DNA from: a virus
Taxonomy: Duplodnaviria > Heunggongvirae > Uroviricota > Caudoviricetes
Direction: 5' to 3' (one strand)
Virus record (IMG/VR): IMGVR_UViG_3300027295_000004
Length of the DNA stretch: 64,000 nt
Shown one piece after another: positions 18,593-27,707 of this stretch (the first letter of the stretch is position 1; each line of letters starts with the position of its first letter). The notes below the pieces were generated by a model, which was not told the DNA's origin, made no database searches, and saw only the letters and a program-made list of their open reading frames with translations. Both the position numbers and the translations under genes were made by a program.

Positions 18593-19326
18593 TGAATGCC
18601 GTATTTCTCATAGTCAATGGAAATTGCATATTCCATGGAATCTTTTAACCCGGCATTAATAAATCCTTGTAATCTATTGGCGCATGCGACACATTCGCCG
18701 CATGAAAGTGTTTTAACACCCGGAATATAAACCGGGTCGTAGCATGTCCATGTCAGTTCGAATGGTACGTTTAATTCTGCACCTCTTCTAATGATTTCTT
18801 CTTTATTCATCGTCATTAGAGGTGCTTTAATTTCAATGCTATTTTTACGATTAAGGCAAATAACTCTATTAATTGCTTCCAAAAACTCTGCAGAAGCGTC
18901 CCAATAACCCGACAGAGTATCTGCTTGTTGTGCTCCATAATATACTTCATTTGATTCTGTGCTTTCAGCGAAACCTACCGCAGTGCTCAGCATAATCATA
19001 TTACGATTAGGCACGTAACTTAGTGGCTGCGGATCTCCAAGAACATCTTTTGCTTTTGGTATGTCATATTCTCCGTTGAGCAATGCAGATGTTTGCAAGT
19101 AGTCAAAAACATGCTTCAACGAAATTTCATGTAAAATTACTTTGTTGTTCGAAAGCGCCGCCAAATGATCTACTACTGCAGCTGCTCTGGCACATTCAAT
19201 GGAATGCTTTTGGCCATAGAAGAAATTCAAACAATATAAAACTTCACCTTCTTCTAATTTTGAAGCGACGTCATACAACAGCACTGTGGAATCTAAGCCG
19301 CCGCTAAAGATAATAACCTTATTCAT
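18589..19326 (-). CDS. queC: 7-cyano-7-deazaguanine (preQ0) synthase
   Basis: 'FSGGLDST', 'YGQKH', 'YVPNRNMIML', 'TWTCYDP', 'CGECVAC..R..GF'; start reassigned to ATG 19326. Confidence 0.95.
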   Translation of the reverse strand: MNKVIIFSGGLDSTVLLYDVASKLEEGEVLYCLNFFYGQKHSIECARAAAVVDHLAALSNNKVILHEISLKHVFDYLQTSALLNGEYDIPKAKDVLGDPQPLSYVPNRNMIMLSTAVGFAESTESNEVYYGAQQADTLSGYWDASAEFLEAINRVICLNRKNSIEIKAPLMTMNKEEIIRRGAELNVPFELTWTCYDPVYIPGVKTLSCGECVACANRLQGFINAGLKDSMEYAISIDYEKYGIQ

Positions 19327-19378
19327 AAATAAATATAACATACGGAAATGATGGTTGCAACTAATAAATAAATATTGT

Positions 19379-20224
19379 ATGGCAAACCTCAAACAAATTT
19401 TCCTAAACACATTACTCGAACAGGAAGCTCCTGAATCTGAAACCAATTATGATGCACAACAAGATGAGGCACCTCTTCGTGATCGTCTTGCAAAAAATGA
19501 TGTGCCTGAAGATGCATTAGACGTAGAGCCTGGACCCCCTAACACTGGATACAAAGCCGAAGTTGCCGCAGCAGAGGATTGGATTCAAAATATTGATGAG
19601 TTTGTCAAATACCTAAATGATACTGCGACTGGATCTATTAACCGACAAGTCAACGTATTAGATAGAGATAATAGTGTGTTTAAGGGAATTGCATCACGTA
19701 TTTCGGATAAGGTTGCGCGTGTTTCAAGCGACTTAGCTGAACTTAAAGAAATTATTGCTGGGTTTGTTATCGCATCGGATCGCAAGGCTAAGAACATTAG
19801 AATGGCTGATTCTTTTGAAAGTGAATTAACTCCGTCTGAAATCGTGATTGAGAGATTATCACGTTGCGGGTTTGAGTATAAATCGTCATCGCCAGCATCG
19901 CATAGAATGGTGCTTGAAACAGCAGACGGTGAGTTATTTGCTGAAATCAATCAAGAAGGTCTCGTCAATGGCGAGAGCATTGATGAGTACATGGAACGTC
20001 TTAATGCAGAATACAACATCACTGAACTAATCGATGATGCCGATGAAACCATTATCGGTGAAGATGTTATCATGGATGAAAAAATCGTCAAGCAAATTAA
20101 AGAAATCGATGTAAAATTGGCTACAAAGTGGGACTACGATTTATACATCAAACGCCGCGAGCTTTTGTCTAAGATGGAAACTAACTACATTGATGTCGCC
20201 AAAAGCTTAGTCGAGGGTGATTAA
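19379..20224 (+). CDS. Acidic hypothetical late protein (possible head/internal protein)
   Basis: Overlapping TAAATA motifs 19365-19374 just before the ATG; 'MANLKQIFLNTLLEQE' leader. Confidence 0.65.
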   Translation: MANLKQIFLNTLLEQEAPESETNYDAQQDEAPLRDRLAKNDVPEDALDVEPGPPNTGYKAEVAAAEDWIQNIDEFVKYLNDTATGSINRQVNVLDRDNSVFKGIASRISDKVARVSSDLAELKEIIAGFVIASDRKAKNIRMADSFESELTPSEIVIERLSRCGFEYKSSSPASHRMVLETADGELFAEINQEGLVNGESIDEYMERLNAEYNITELIDDADETIIGEDVIMDEKIVKQIKEIDVKLATKWDYDLYIKRRELLSKMETNYIDVAKSLVEGD

Positions 20225-21255
20225 TTTATTTGCATGTATGATGCTTTTGCAGCAATGCCGTTCTTAGCATGCTTTAGTAGAATTTGATAAGGAAATTCAT
20301 TTATTTTCTTATCAATGCAAATATCATTGATATCTTTATATATAGATAACGCAGCCGGCCATACAAATACGGTTTCCCCTTTGTCTACTAATTCAATAAA
20401 TTTATCAGTAACATCTTCATTGCGATCTTGATATGGATTGTCCAAAACCCATACAATTTTATAAAACGCCTTTAGTGTTTCTAATTGGCTCTCTTGTTTT
20501 GGAGTGCATGCAATTCCCGCAACTGCTACTCCATTTTTGACAAAGCATGCGTCTACAGGGCCTTCAAAAATAAAGCAATAGTCAATGTCGTTATTTACAT
20601 TATTCAAATTGAATATGCTTTTGTCTGAATTGATTTTTGACAAATATTTTGGGCCATCGTCATTGTCATTTATTTTTCTAGATTGGTAAAAGCAGATTTT
20701 ATTACCAATATCGTAAAATGGGATGATAATACGATCTCCGTGGTATTTGTCCTTGTGTGAAAAATAAATCGCCTTTGGTCTGTTTATGGCAGTATCTAAT
20801 TTTCTCATTTTAAGATACTTAACTGCTTTCGTTACAGCAGGGTCACTTTTATAAAAATCGATTACATTATCATCTAGCAGATTGATTGCATCGGTGGGTA
20901 GGTCCGGAATTGTGTATGTCTGTGATGATGCCTCTAATTTCTTAAAAAATTTGCCACCGGTGCCCATATCAAATCCATAATTTTTCATGGCATCATTAAC
21001 AATTTGAGACGGGCTTTGTCCTGTGACCTCTTTAATCCACCACAGCGCCGTCCATGAGTTTTGACAATTATGGCAAAACATTGAATTTGAACCTGGGTAA
21101 TAGTAAAGCCTTTTTTTCTTTAACCAACTTTTACCTTCTCTGCATATTGGGCATGATGCGTTATATTTGTCCCCAACTCGCCGAGCTTTGCCTGCATGAA
21201 GGTAAAACTTCTCAAGCACATAATCAGCTGGTAAATTATTGTCAAATTCGCTCAT
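20221..21255 (-). CDS. gp61: DNA primase (T4 gp61-like)
   Basis: Zn-binding 'CPIC...CHNC', 'IIIPFYD', 'PKYL', TOPRIM 'FIFEGPVDACF', 'VWVLDN'. Confidence 0.92.
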   Translation of the reverse strand: MSEFDNNLPADYVLEKFYLHAGKARRVGDKYNASCPICREGKSWLKKKRLYYYPGSNSMFCHNCQNSWTALWWIKEVTGQSPSQIVNDAMKNYGFDMGTGGKFFKKLEASSQTYTIPDLPTDAINLLDDNVIDFYKSDPAVTKAVKYLKMRKLDTAINRPKAIYFSHKDKYHGDRIIIPFYDIGNKICFYQSRKINDNDDGPKYLSKINSDKSIFNLNNVNNDIDYCFIFEGPVDACFVKNGVAVAGIACTPKQESQLETLKAFYKIVWVLDNPYQDRNEDVTDKFIELVDKGETVFVWPAALSIYKDINDICIDKKINEFPYQILLKHAKNGIAAKASYMQIN

Positions 21256-21280
21256 CTCTCTAAGTATAAATAAGGACTAT

Positions 21281-21646
21281 ATGAATTATAACGAATTGGT
21301 TGCATATTATCAAGTGAAATTATTAGGTGAAAAGGATTATCGTGGGTACAATCCTGATAATTTCGACCGTAAACATCAGAACATCACTACAACCAAGGAC
21401 AAAAATCAATTTCGTCCTTACAACAAGGTATCACAGACACTAACGACATCTGCCGACCAAATGCTAAAGAATATAGATAAATCTGCTCCTGGCTCGATTA
21501 TGAAAGTAACAGACCCAATAGCACAAGAAATAATGACATTCTATAACGTACGGCCTACCGAAAAAGAACCCGAAAAGAGATTGAACTCTGCTAATGGGTT
21601 AATGCTCATTCTCATAAATGGTGCATACTCATTGAAAAAAGAATAA
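21281..21646 (+). CDS. Hypothetical late protein
   Basis: Full T4-type TATAAATA at 21265-21272 and AGGA before the ATG. Confidence 0.65.
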   Translation: MNYNELVAYYQVKLLGEKDYRGYNPDNFDRKHQNITTTKDKNQFRPYNKVSQTLTTSADQMLKNIDKSAPGSIMKVTDPIAQEIMTFYNVRPTEKEPEKRLNSANGLMLILINGAYSLKKE

Positions 21647-21654
21647 ACTCAATT

Positions 21655-22419
21655 ATGTATTGCCCAGAACCTCAACCATATAAATTTAATCTAGCAGCTG
21701 GTGCCGACGCCGACAAAGGACCAATACCTGCTTTTTTGGATTTGTTAGGAAAATGGCCTACGTCAATTCCTCTCAAGACTATGTGGTCTGTAGAACTGAC
21801 AGTGCCTCGAGTGATGAATACATATTTGTCTGAGCCTTTATCAAATCCATCAATATCATATGGCGTGAAGGGGGCCGACGCTGCAAAATCATGGGATGTA
21901 GATGATCAGCGTCAAGAGATTGTGACAGCAACTACAAAAGAAATAAATGGGTGGTATTTGGGAAATATGTTGGCTACGGGTGTTGATTTTATATCTGACG
22001 GGATTACAACTAAAAGGGCTGCTGTAGAAAAATCTGCTGGTTACTTGGGTGGTATCCTTACTGAGGGTCGTAATGAATTAGATGCGTTGCGTATATCTTT
22101 TCTCGAGACTAATATATCATATGTGGATACTGCAATTCGCCCATGGATGATCAATGTTGCTGCCGATAGTTTGGTTGCTTATAATCGCCGCGACAATTTG
22201 AAATTGCGGAGCGATATTATATGCAGCTTATATGCACTAACTGGCCCGGGTAAAGCACCTATCAAAAGAAAGACGTATTATTTTTATAATGCTTTTCCTT
22301 CAAGTATAGCCGGCGAAAAATATGCATCTGTGGGGGATTCGTCTATAATATCAACCACTGTTAATTTTTCCTATTCTCATTATTCGATTATATCTGGGAA
22401 AACATTTAGTGGATCTTGA
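21655..22419 (+). CDS. Baseplate-tail tube junction protein (gp54-like, tube fold)
   Basis: 'LRISFLET...RPWM...KTYYFYNAFPSSI.....VNFSYSHY' tube-like pattern at the head of the baseplate operon. Confidence 0.6.
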   Translation: MYCPEPQPYKFNLAAGADADKGPIPAFLDLLGKWPTSIPLKTMWSVELTVPRVMNTYLSEPLSNPSISYGVKGADAAKSWDVDDQRQEIVTATTKEINGWYLGNMLATGVDFISDGITTKRAAVEKSAGYLGGILTEGRNELDALRISFLETNISYVDTAIRPWMINVAADSLVAYNRRDNLKLRSDIICSLYALTGPGKAPIKRKTYYFYNAFPSSIAGEKYASVGDSSIISTTVNFSYSHYSIISGKTFSGS

Positions 22420-22445
22420 AACCCGTTCATAGTAATTAACTTTTA

Positions 22446-23351
22446 ATGATATTGCGGTCGTTTAATAAGATTTGGATACCAAGTGCTGAGAAAGAATTAT
22501 TCTTCGCTGAGATAACGCACGACCAAGAAAAAATTCTTGCAAAGGCTGCGAAGCAGACAACGCTAAATTCTTCGTCATTTTGTTTTGCTATTGACAAAAT
22601 CATGCAAGAAAATTGCATGGAATCTTATAATGATTTTAATATCATTGATCGATTATATTATGCCATATACACCCGAGGGTATTGCTTCGATAAAGAGTTA
22701 AAGTATTCCGTTGAATGTGATTGTGGTGATACTATGTCTTTTAATTTGGAGATTGATGAGGTACTCAGCAAAATTAAATATGCAGACACACATCTTAGTA
22801 TTGATTTTGGTAATGTATTGCGATATACTATCGGTTGGCCCCGGATTGTAAATGATCTTGAGTATAGAAGACTGTCAGACAAAAAAGGAACGCTAGATCA
22901 CAATTTATGGAGATCGTCGTTCATAAAAGAGATGTCTATTGAAGGTAATAATGTCCCTTCACATTTTCTTACCGTTGAAAATAATTTCAAGTTGTTAACT
23001 GAGTTGGGTGTGTCTGTAACGTCTAATTTTTATAAGACTATTGATGCTTTTATTGAGAAGGAAACCTATAAAGAAATCGCGTATTCTTATCGATGTTTCA
23101 ATTGTGGATCGTTGCTGTATCATCTCGATACATCTCTAGACTCATTGTTTAATTTTGTGATATCTATATACAATGCAAATCTCCAAGATTTATATACAAA
23201 GGAAATGAATTTCATGACTCTTTTCCCTGGGCAACCAATCAATCAATTAATTCCAATTGAAAGAGACCATCTCATTTCTCTGAAAATCAATTCGACACAA
23301 CAACAACGTGAGACATCGGATTATGAAGATCAATTTCTTGATATAATGTAA
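22446..23351 (+). CDS. Baseplate hub assembly protein, gp26-like with a possible C-terminal gp51-like segment
   Basis: 'IPSAEKELFF...QEKILAKA...IDRLYY.I..R....Y.VEC.CG...F.L.I.EV'; tail 'LQDLYTKEMNF......INQLIPIERD.L'. Confidence 0.6.
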   Translation: MILRSFNKIWIPSAEKELFFAEITHDQEKILAKAAKQTTLNSSSFCFAIDKIMQENCMESYNDFNIIDRLYYAIYTRGYCFDKELKYSVECDCGDTMSFNLEIDEVLSKIKYADTHLSIDFGNVLRYTIGWPRIVNDLEYRRLSDKKGTLDHNLWRSSFIKEMSIEGNNVPSHFLTVENNFKLLTELGVSVTSNFYKTIDAFIEKETYKEIAYSYRCFNCGSLLYHLDTSLDSLFNFVISIYNANLQDLYTKEMNFMTLFPGQPINQLIPIERDHLISLKINSTQQQRETSDYEDQFLDIM

Positions 23352-23352
23352 T

Positions 23353-24204
23353 TTGGACATAATTAAATGCATGCCAGAATCAATAAAAATCCTCGACTTT
23401 AATGACGCGTTAAATCTTATTAAGAAAAATACAATGTCTGCGGCAACTGCTGTATGGATTCCATCTCTATCTCGTTCGTTTAAATTCAGACAACTCACAA
23501 CACAGCAGCACAAAGAACTTTTAAAATGTGCCATTAATGCGTCTGTTTTGAAGTCCGAGATGAATATTGTTCTGTATAATATTTTGAAAGACTGCCTAGT
23601 TGACGATGCTAATGTGGATCAATTTACTATTTTGGATAAAATAGCCATATGCTATCAATTGCGTCGATTTAATTCTGGTAATTTTGTCAAATGCGAATTT
23701 AATGTTGATGGTGTCAAGCATTATAATAATTTTGATATTGATATTGCTATTGACAATTTTGAACAAAACTACTCATCAGTTGTATTAGATTCCGTTATCA
23801 ATTCAAGCAATCTTCAAGTACGAGTTAGCATCCCGACTCTAAAAACACAAAAGGAAATTGATGAATATGTGGTTAATAATCATATAGCAGATCTTCATAC
23901 TATATCAGATGAGGAGCCAAATTCTTTAAATAATTTCTTGGCTGAGATTATTATCTACAACATTATCCAATTCATTGATGAAATTGATATTAATGGCAGT
24001 ACTATTGCCTTTAATAAACTAACAGTAGATGAACGCATTCAATTAGTCAATCAGCTTGATAAGTCTACATTTGATAAAATTTCTAAATTCGTATCAGAAT
24101 TTAATCAATTAAAGGAAACACTCATCAATAATAAATTTGAATACAACGGCACCACTATTAATTTTCCATTAGATCTTAACTCGAATTTCTTTGTGACCGA
24201 ATAA
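23353..24204 (+). CDS. Second gp26-like baseplate hub protein
   Basis: 'WIPSLSRSFKFRQLTTQQHKELLK...FTILDKIAICYQLR'; ends in 'NFF'. Confidence 0.6.
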   Translation: MDIIKCMPESIKILDFNDALNLIKKNTMSAATAVWIPSLSRSFKFRQLTTQQHKELLKCAINASVLKSEMNIVLYNILKDCLVDDANVDQFTILDKIAICYQLRRFNSGNFVKCEFNVDGVKHYNNFDIDIAIDNFEQNYSSVVLDSVINSSNLQVRVSIPTLKTQKEIDEYVVNNHIADLHTISDEEPNSLNNFLAEIIIYNIIQFIDEIDINGSTIAFNKLTVDERIQLVNQLDKSTFDKISKFVSEFNQLKETLINNKFEYNGTTINFPLDLNSNFFVTE

Positions 24205-24231
24205 TAAGACACGTCGGCTGTAAATAATAAT

Positions 24232-26265
24232 ATGGCCGATGAATCCACACGCATTAATCTATCTGACGTACGTATCAATATGTCAGATCTGCAAGATTTG
24301 ATCGGAAGGCGTGAGACTGAAGAAATTTCGTATGCGCTAGCACGTGCAATTAAAGAAAAGGTATCAGCATCGATAACTAAATCTGATTTATTAATTGATC
24401 TAGGAGATAGGGTCAATAAAATTTTAGATTCTACAATGGATGATTCATTGGCAAATGCAATTCGCCCATCGATAATAGAATCTCTGAAGCTTAATTTATC
24501 TGACAATATCAAGAATACTAATTTCATTGATACTTCAAAGTCAGTCAATATATTCGACGAATTAAAAATACCTCTAGCTGAACAATATAGTACATTCGCT
24601 GCAGAATTATTTCAGCGCGCCTCATCTCAAACGTCAAATATAGATTTCAAAGCGTTAATTGAGGCTGGGTTTAATAATTCATTATTTGCACCTCAAAGTA
24701 TTCCTCAGATAAATATCGAGAGCATTAAAGCTGATTTATCAAAATTGGCTTCAAACAATGCTCAGCCCTCGGCGCCTACTGTGAATTATGCATCTAATGA
24801 TATGCTAAATGCATTGAAGGTGCAGAATACAACACAACAACAAAATGCAATATTTGATGCAGAGGTGACTGCTACTCCTGTTGTTCTTCAAGATGTCGGA
24901 GATAATGCTGTTAGTAAATTGAAGGGATTGTTCGCAGCTTCTGATCAAATTAGTGCAGGCAAACGGAATGAAGTATCTTCTGAAGAAATGGGAGGCGGGG
25001 GTCTATTAGGTGGCTTGGTAGATTCAGTTTCTGAATTATTTGGAGGGGGCGGATCTGCCAGATCTAGAAAACCATCTGGCGGGGGATCTCGTTCGGGTTC
25101 CGGCGGCGCGACCGGTTCTGGTTCCAGACCAAGAGGTTCGCGTGCAGCAAGAGCACCCAAACCCTCAAGAGGGGTTGTTTCGAGAGGAGCAGGTGCTGTT
25201 AGACGTGCTGCCACGAGAAGCGCTAAGACCGTTGCCAAAATAGGAGGCAAAGCGTTGCGAGCTGCCGGGGGTATTGCAAAGGGTGCTGGCGCAATGGCTT
25301 CATCAGCAGGTAAAATGCTAGGCCCTCTCGCACTTGCCGTAACTGCGGGGCAGGCTGTCGGGACTGTTCAAGACTTATTATCTGATGAAGGCAAGGAGCG
25401 TCTATTAATGGAATCTGAGCAAATGAGAAAGCGAAGTGGTGTTGGTGGATTCCTAGAAAATACTTTGGATTTAGTTTCGAACCCATCTGATTATCTTGCA
25501 AAGACTGGCATGGTTGCTGGTGGTGATATCGCCAAAAAAATCTACGGATCTGATCAGATAGATGCTAATTTAGTGGCAAGCAATAAGCAAAATACAGATT
25601 TAGCTCAAAGTGCACGTGCGTCTATTGAGAAAAGAAATGAGTTATTGGGTGCAACTAATGAAGGTAAAGAATTGCTACAAAATTTGAATATCGGAGCTTC
25701 GTTAATTAAAAGCAATGCTGCTGCTGTTAAAACAGATGCAGGTGAAATTCAGCGAATAAATCCTGGCATGGCTGCTGTTATTCTTGACAAGTATCAGGGA
25801 GACACACAAAAAACAATCGACGAGATGAGACGAATCAATTCGTTGCCTGGTGCTGATGCTGTTAAAGAAATTGAATTATTAAAGCAACAATTTAATAAAC
25901 TACAACAAAGTTCTTCTGAAAGAACAACACCAGTGCAAAGCACCCCAATAGTAAATCCGTCACCAATGCTCGCACCCCCACAGGACTATAGCACTCCGGC
26001 TGTTACTCGGAATACCGAAAGCATAACGCCTCTGGTTGCATCGAGCAGTGATATCAAGAACATGACATCAGTCATTTCGTCAAAATTAGACACACTAAAC
26101 AATATGATCCCACAACTTGCACCACCAGATAGCGGCAGTGATACATCTGTTGTTGTTAGTACCGGTGGTGAATCTGGTGGTGGATTTGGGGGATCTAGAG
26201 ATCCAGCATATGAATTTAGAATTTCATCATGGAATCGTATTCGAGGCAATTCAATCGTACATTAA
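24232..26265 (+). CDS. Putative tape measure / hub protein (gp29-like)
   Basis: Helical protein with Gly/Ala/Arg-rich centre and 'KMLGPLALAVTAG' segment; between gp26-like and gp48-like genes; TAAATA 5 nt upstream. Confidence 0.6.
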   Translation: MADESTRINLSDVRINMSDLQDLIGRRETEEISYALARAIKEKVSASITKSDLLIDLGDRVNKILDSTMDDSLANAIRPSIIESLKLNLSDNIKNTNFIDTSKSVNIFDELKIPLAEQYSTFAAELFQRASSQTSNIDFKALIEAGFNNSLFAPQSIPQINIESIKADLSKLASNNAQPSAPTVNYASNDMLNALKVQNTTQQQNAIFDAEVTATPVVLQDVGDNAVSKLKGLFAASDQISAGKRNEVSSEEMGGGGLLGGLVDSVSELFGGGGSARSRKPSGGGSRSGSGGATGSGSRPRGSRAARAPKPSRGVVSRGAGAVRRAATRSAKTVAKIGGKALRAAGGIAKGAGAMASSAGKMLGPLALAVTAGQAVGTVQDLLSDEGKERLLMESEQMRKRSGVGGFLENTLDLVSNPSDYLAKTGMVAGGDIAKKIYGSDQIDANLVASNKQNTDLAQSARASIEKRNELLGATNEGKELLQNLNIGASLIKSNAAAVKTDAGEIQRINPGMAAVILDKYQGDTQKTIDEMRRINSLPGADAVKEIELLKQQFNKLQQSSSERTTPVQSTPIVNPSPMLAPPQDYSTPAVTRNTESITPLVASSSDIKNMTSVISSKLDTLNNMIPQLAPPDSGSDTSVVVSTGGESGGGFGGSRDPAYEFRISSWNRIRGNSIVH

Positions 26266-26268
26266 TAT

Positions 26269-27342
26269 ATGCAAAATAAATCATTACACAATAGAATTCT
26301 AAGCCAATTAAGAACTCCATCTGATTCTGTTTATCAATATATGGGCGAATTGGGTGAAATTGATGTAGTCAAAGACTTTCATTGGGCTGTATTTGATGGT
26401 TCAAAAGAAATCCCGCGCAATAGGGTGCCAAGTATACGACTAACTGAATATCAGCCAACTGGAAGTCAAACTATAGCAGGCATTGAAAAACTAATTGCAA
26501 ATGCATTTGGCTCATTTAGGTCTATTGGTGAGTCACTTGATTACTATAAATCTTTATACAACGCAAAGCCAACAGGTAATACATATATCCTACCATATTT
26601 TACATCTTCATTGCGAACTAAATCTAACAATTGGCAAGTTAATAATTTGAATAATAAGGCAAAACAACTATCTGATTTTTTTACTTCAAGTAAAGGCCAG
26701 GGGGCTGATGTTAATAAGAAGCAAACCAATAAAATCAAGCAAATCGGCGCGGCTTCAAAAGTAGTTGGTGTCGCTGCTGGTATTTTTACTGGCAGTCAAT
26801 TGGGAGTAGAGTATCCAAAACAATGGGACGGTTCCCATGGTGTTGCGGAGTACTCATTTAGTATTATACTTCATAATACAATGAGCCTGCAGAGTACTCA
26901 ACAAAATTGGGCACTTGTTACTTTACTAACTTATAATAATTCTTATAATCGACGAAATCTCGCCCTTCAAGATGCTCCCGTTCTTTATAAAGTTGAAATA
27001 CCTGGTGTTAGATACTCCCCCGCATCTTTCATGAAAAAAATCGACATTAGAATGCTAGGGCAAATGCGTAAATATTCGCCTCAAGAGCTTTTGGGGTCAT
27101 CTGGTGGGCAAATAATAATGCCAGAAGCTTATCAAATAGATATCACGATGCAAGATCTATTTGCCGAGTCAAGACAATTATTGTCTTGGATTACAGAGGC
27201 AGATAAAAGAGTTGAGGTTTTTTCAAAAAACACCCGCGAAATCGTTAATGAAAATCTTCAAAATGGTGCTAGAGCAAACGACGGCAGTGCTGGTGCTCGT
27301 GGCGTCCCAAATCAATATATCAGAGACTATGGTGGTTTTTAA
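26269..27342 (+). CDS. Baseplate tail-tube cap (gp48-like)
   Basis: 'EYPKQW...EYSFSIIL.N...P.LYKVEIPG...P.SFMKKIDI...G...MPEAYQIDITMQDL'; synteny. Confidence 0.55.
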   Translation: MQNKSLHNRILSQLRTPSDSVYQYMGELGEIDVVKDFHWAVFDGSKEIPRNRVPSIRLTEYQPTGSQTIAGIEKLIANAFGSFRSIGESLDYYKSLYNAKPTGNTYILPYFTSSLRTKSNNWQVNNLNNKAKQLSDFFTSSKGQGADVNKKQTNKIKQIGAASKVVGVAAGIFTGSQLGVEYPKQWDGSHGVAEYSFSIILHNTMSLQSTQQNWALVTLLTYNNSYNRRNLALQDAPVLYKVEIPGVRYSPASFMKKIDIRMLGQMRKYSPQELLGSSGGQIIMPEAYQIDITMQDLFAESRQLLSWITEADKRVEVFSKNTREIVNENLQNGARANDGSAGARGVPNQYIRDYGGF

Positions 27343-27356
27343 AATATATTTGTACA

Positions 27357-27707
27357 ATGAAAAAATTAACCAAAACAAATATTGATATATACAAAATGTC
27401 TTCCTTGTTCAACAAGTATGAAGATAATGATGGTTTTGTGTTTTTTAATATTCTTAAAAGAATCAATCTCAATGCTGATAATCTAAATGACTTTGAAATA
27501 TTTGAGCCATATGTAATAAAGCCAGGAGATTCGTATACAAATATTGCATATAAATATTATGGCAATCTTAATGTGTGGTGGGTTATATGCACATTAAATA
27601 AAATTGACAATCCCTTTATTAAACCTGCAATAGGCGCTCGCATATATTTGTTGCGGCTCAATTATATGTCTCAGCTATTAGATCAATTATCATTTGCCAA
27701 TGGATAA
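27357..27707 (+). CDS. LysM-containing baseplate wedge protein (gp53-like)
   Basis: 'YVIKPGDSYTNIAYKYYGN..VWWVIC.LNKIDNPF'. Confidence 0.75.
   Translation: MKKLTKTNIDIYKMSSLFNKYEDNDGFVFFNILKRINLNADNLNDFEIFEPYVIKPGDSYTNIAYKYYGNLNVWWVICTLNKIDNPFIKPAIGARIYLLRLNYMSQLLDQLSFANG

Noticed and set aside
19327-19446. 40-aa N-terminal extension of QueC in the ORF track
   Set aside because: Overlaps the divergent gene and its promoter; QueC homology starts at MNKVIIFSGG (19326)
24945-25501. Pro/Gly-rich alternative-frame ORFs in a GC-richer patch
   Set aside because: By-products of the Gly/Ser/Arg low-complexity segment of the tape-measure-like gene; no sign of a foreign insert
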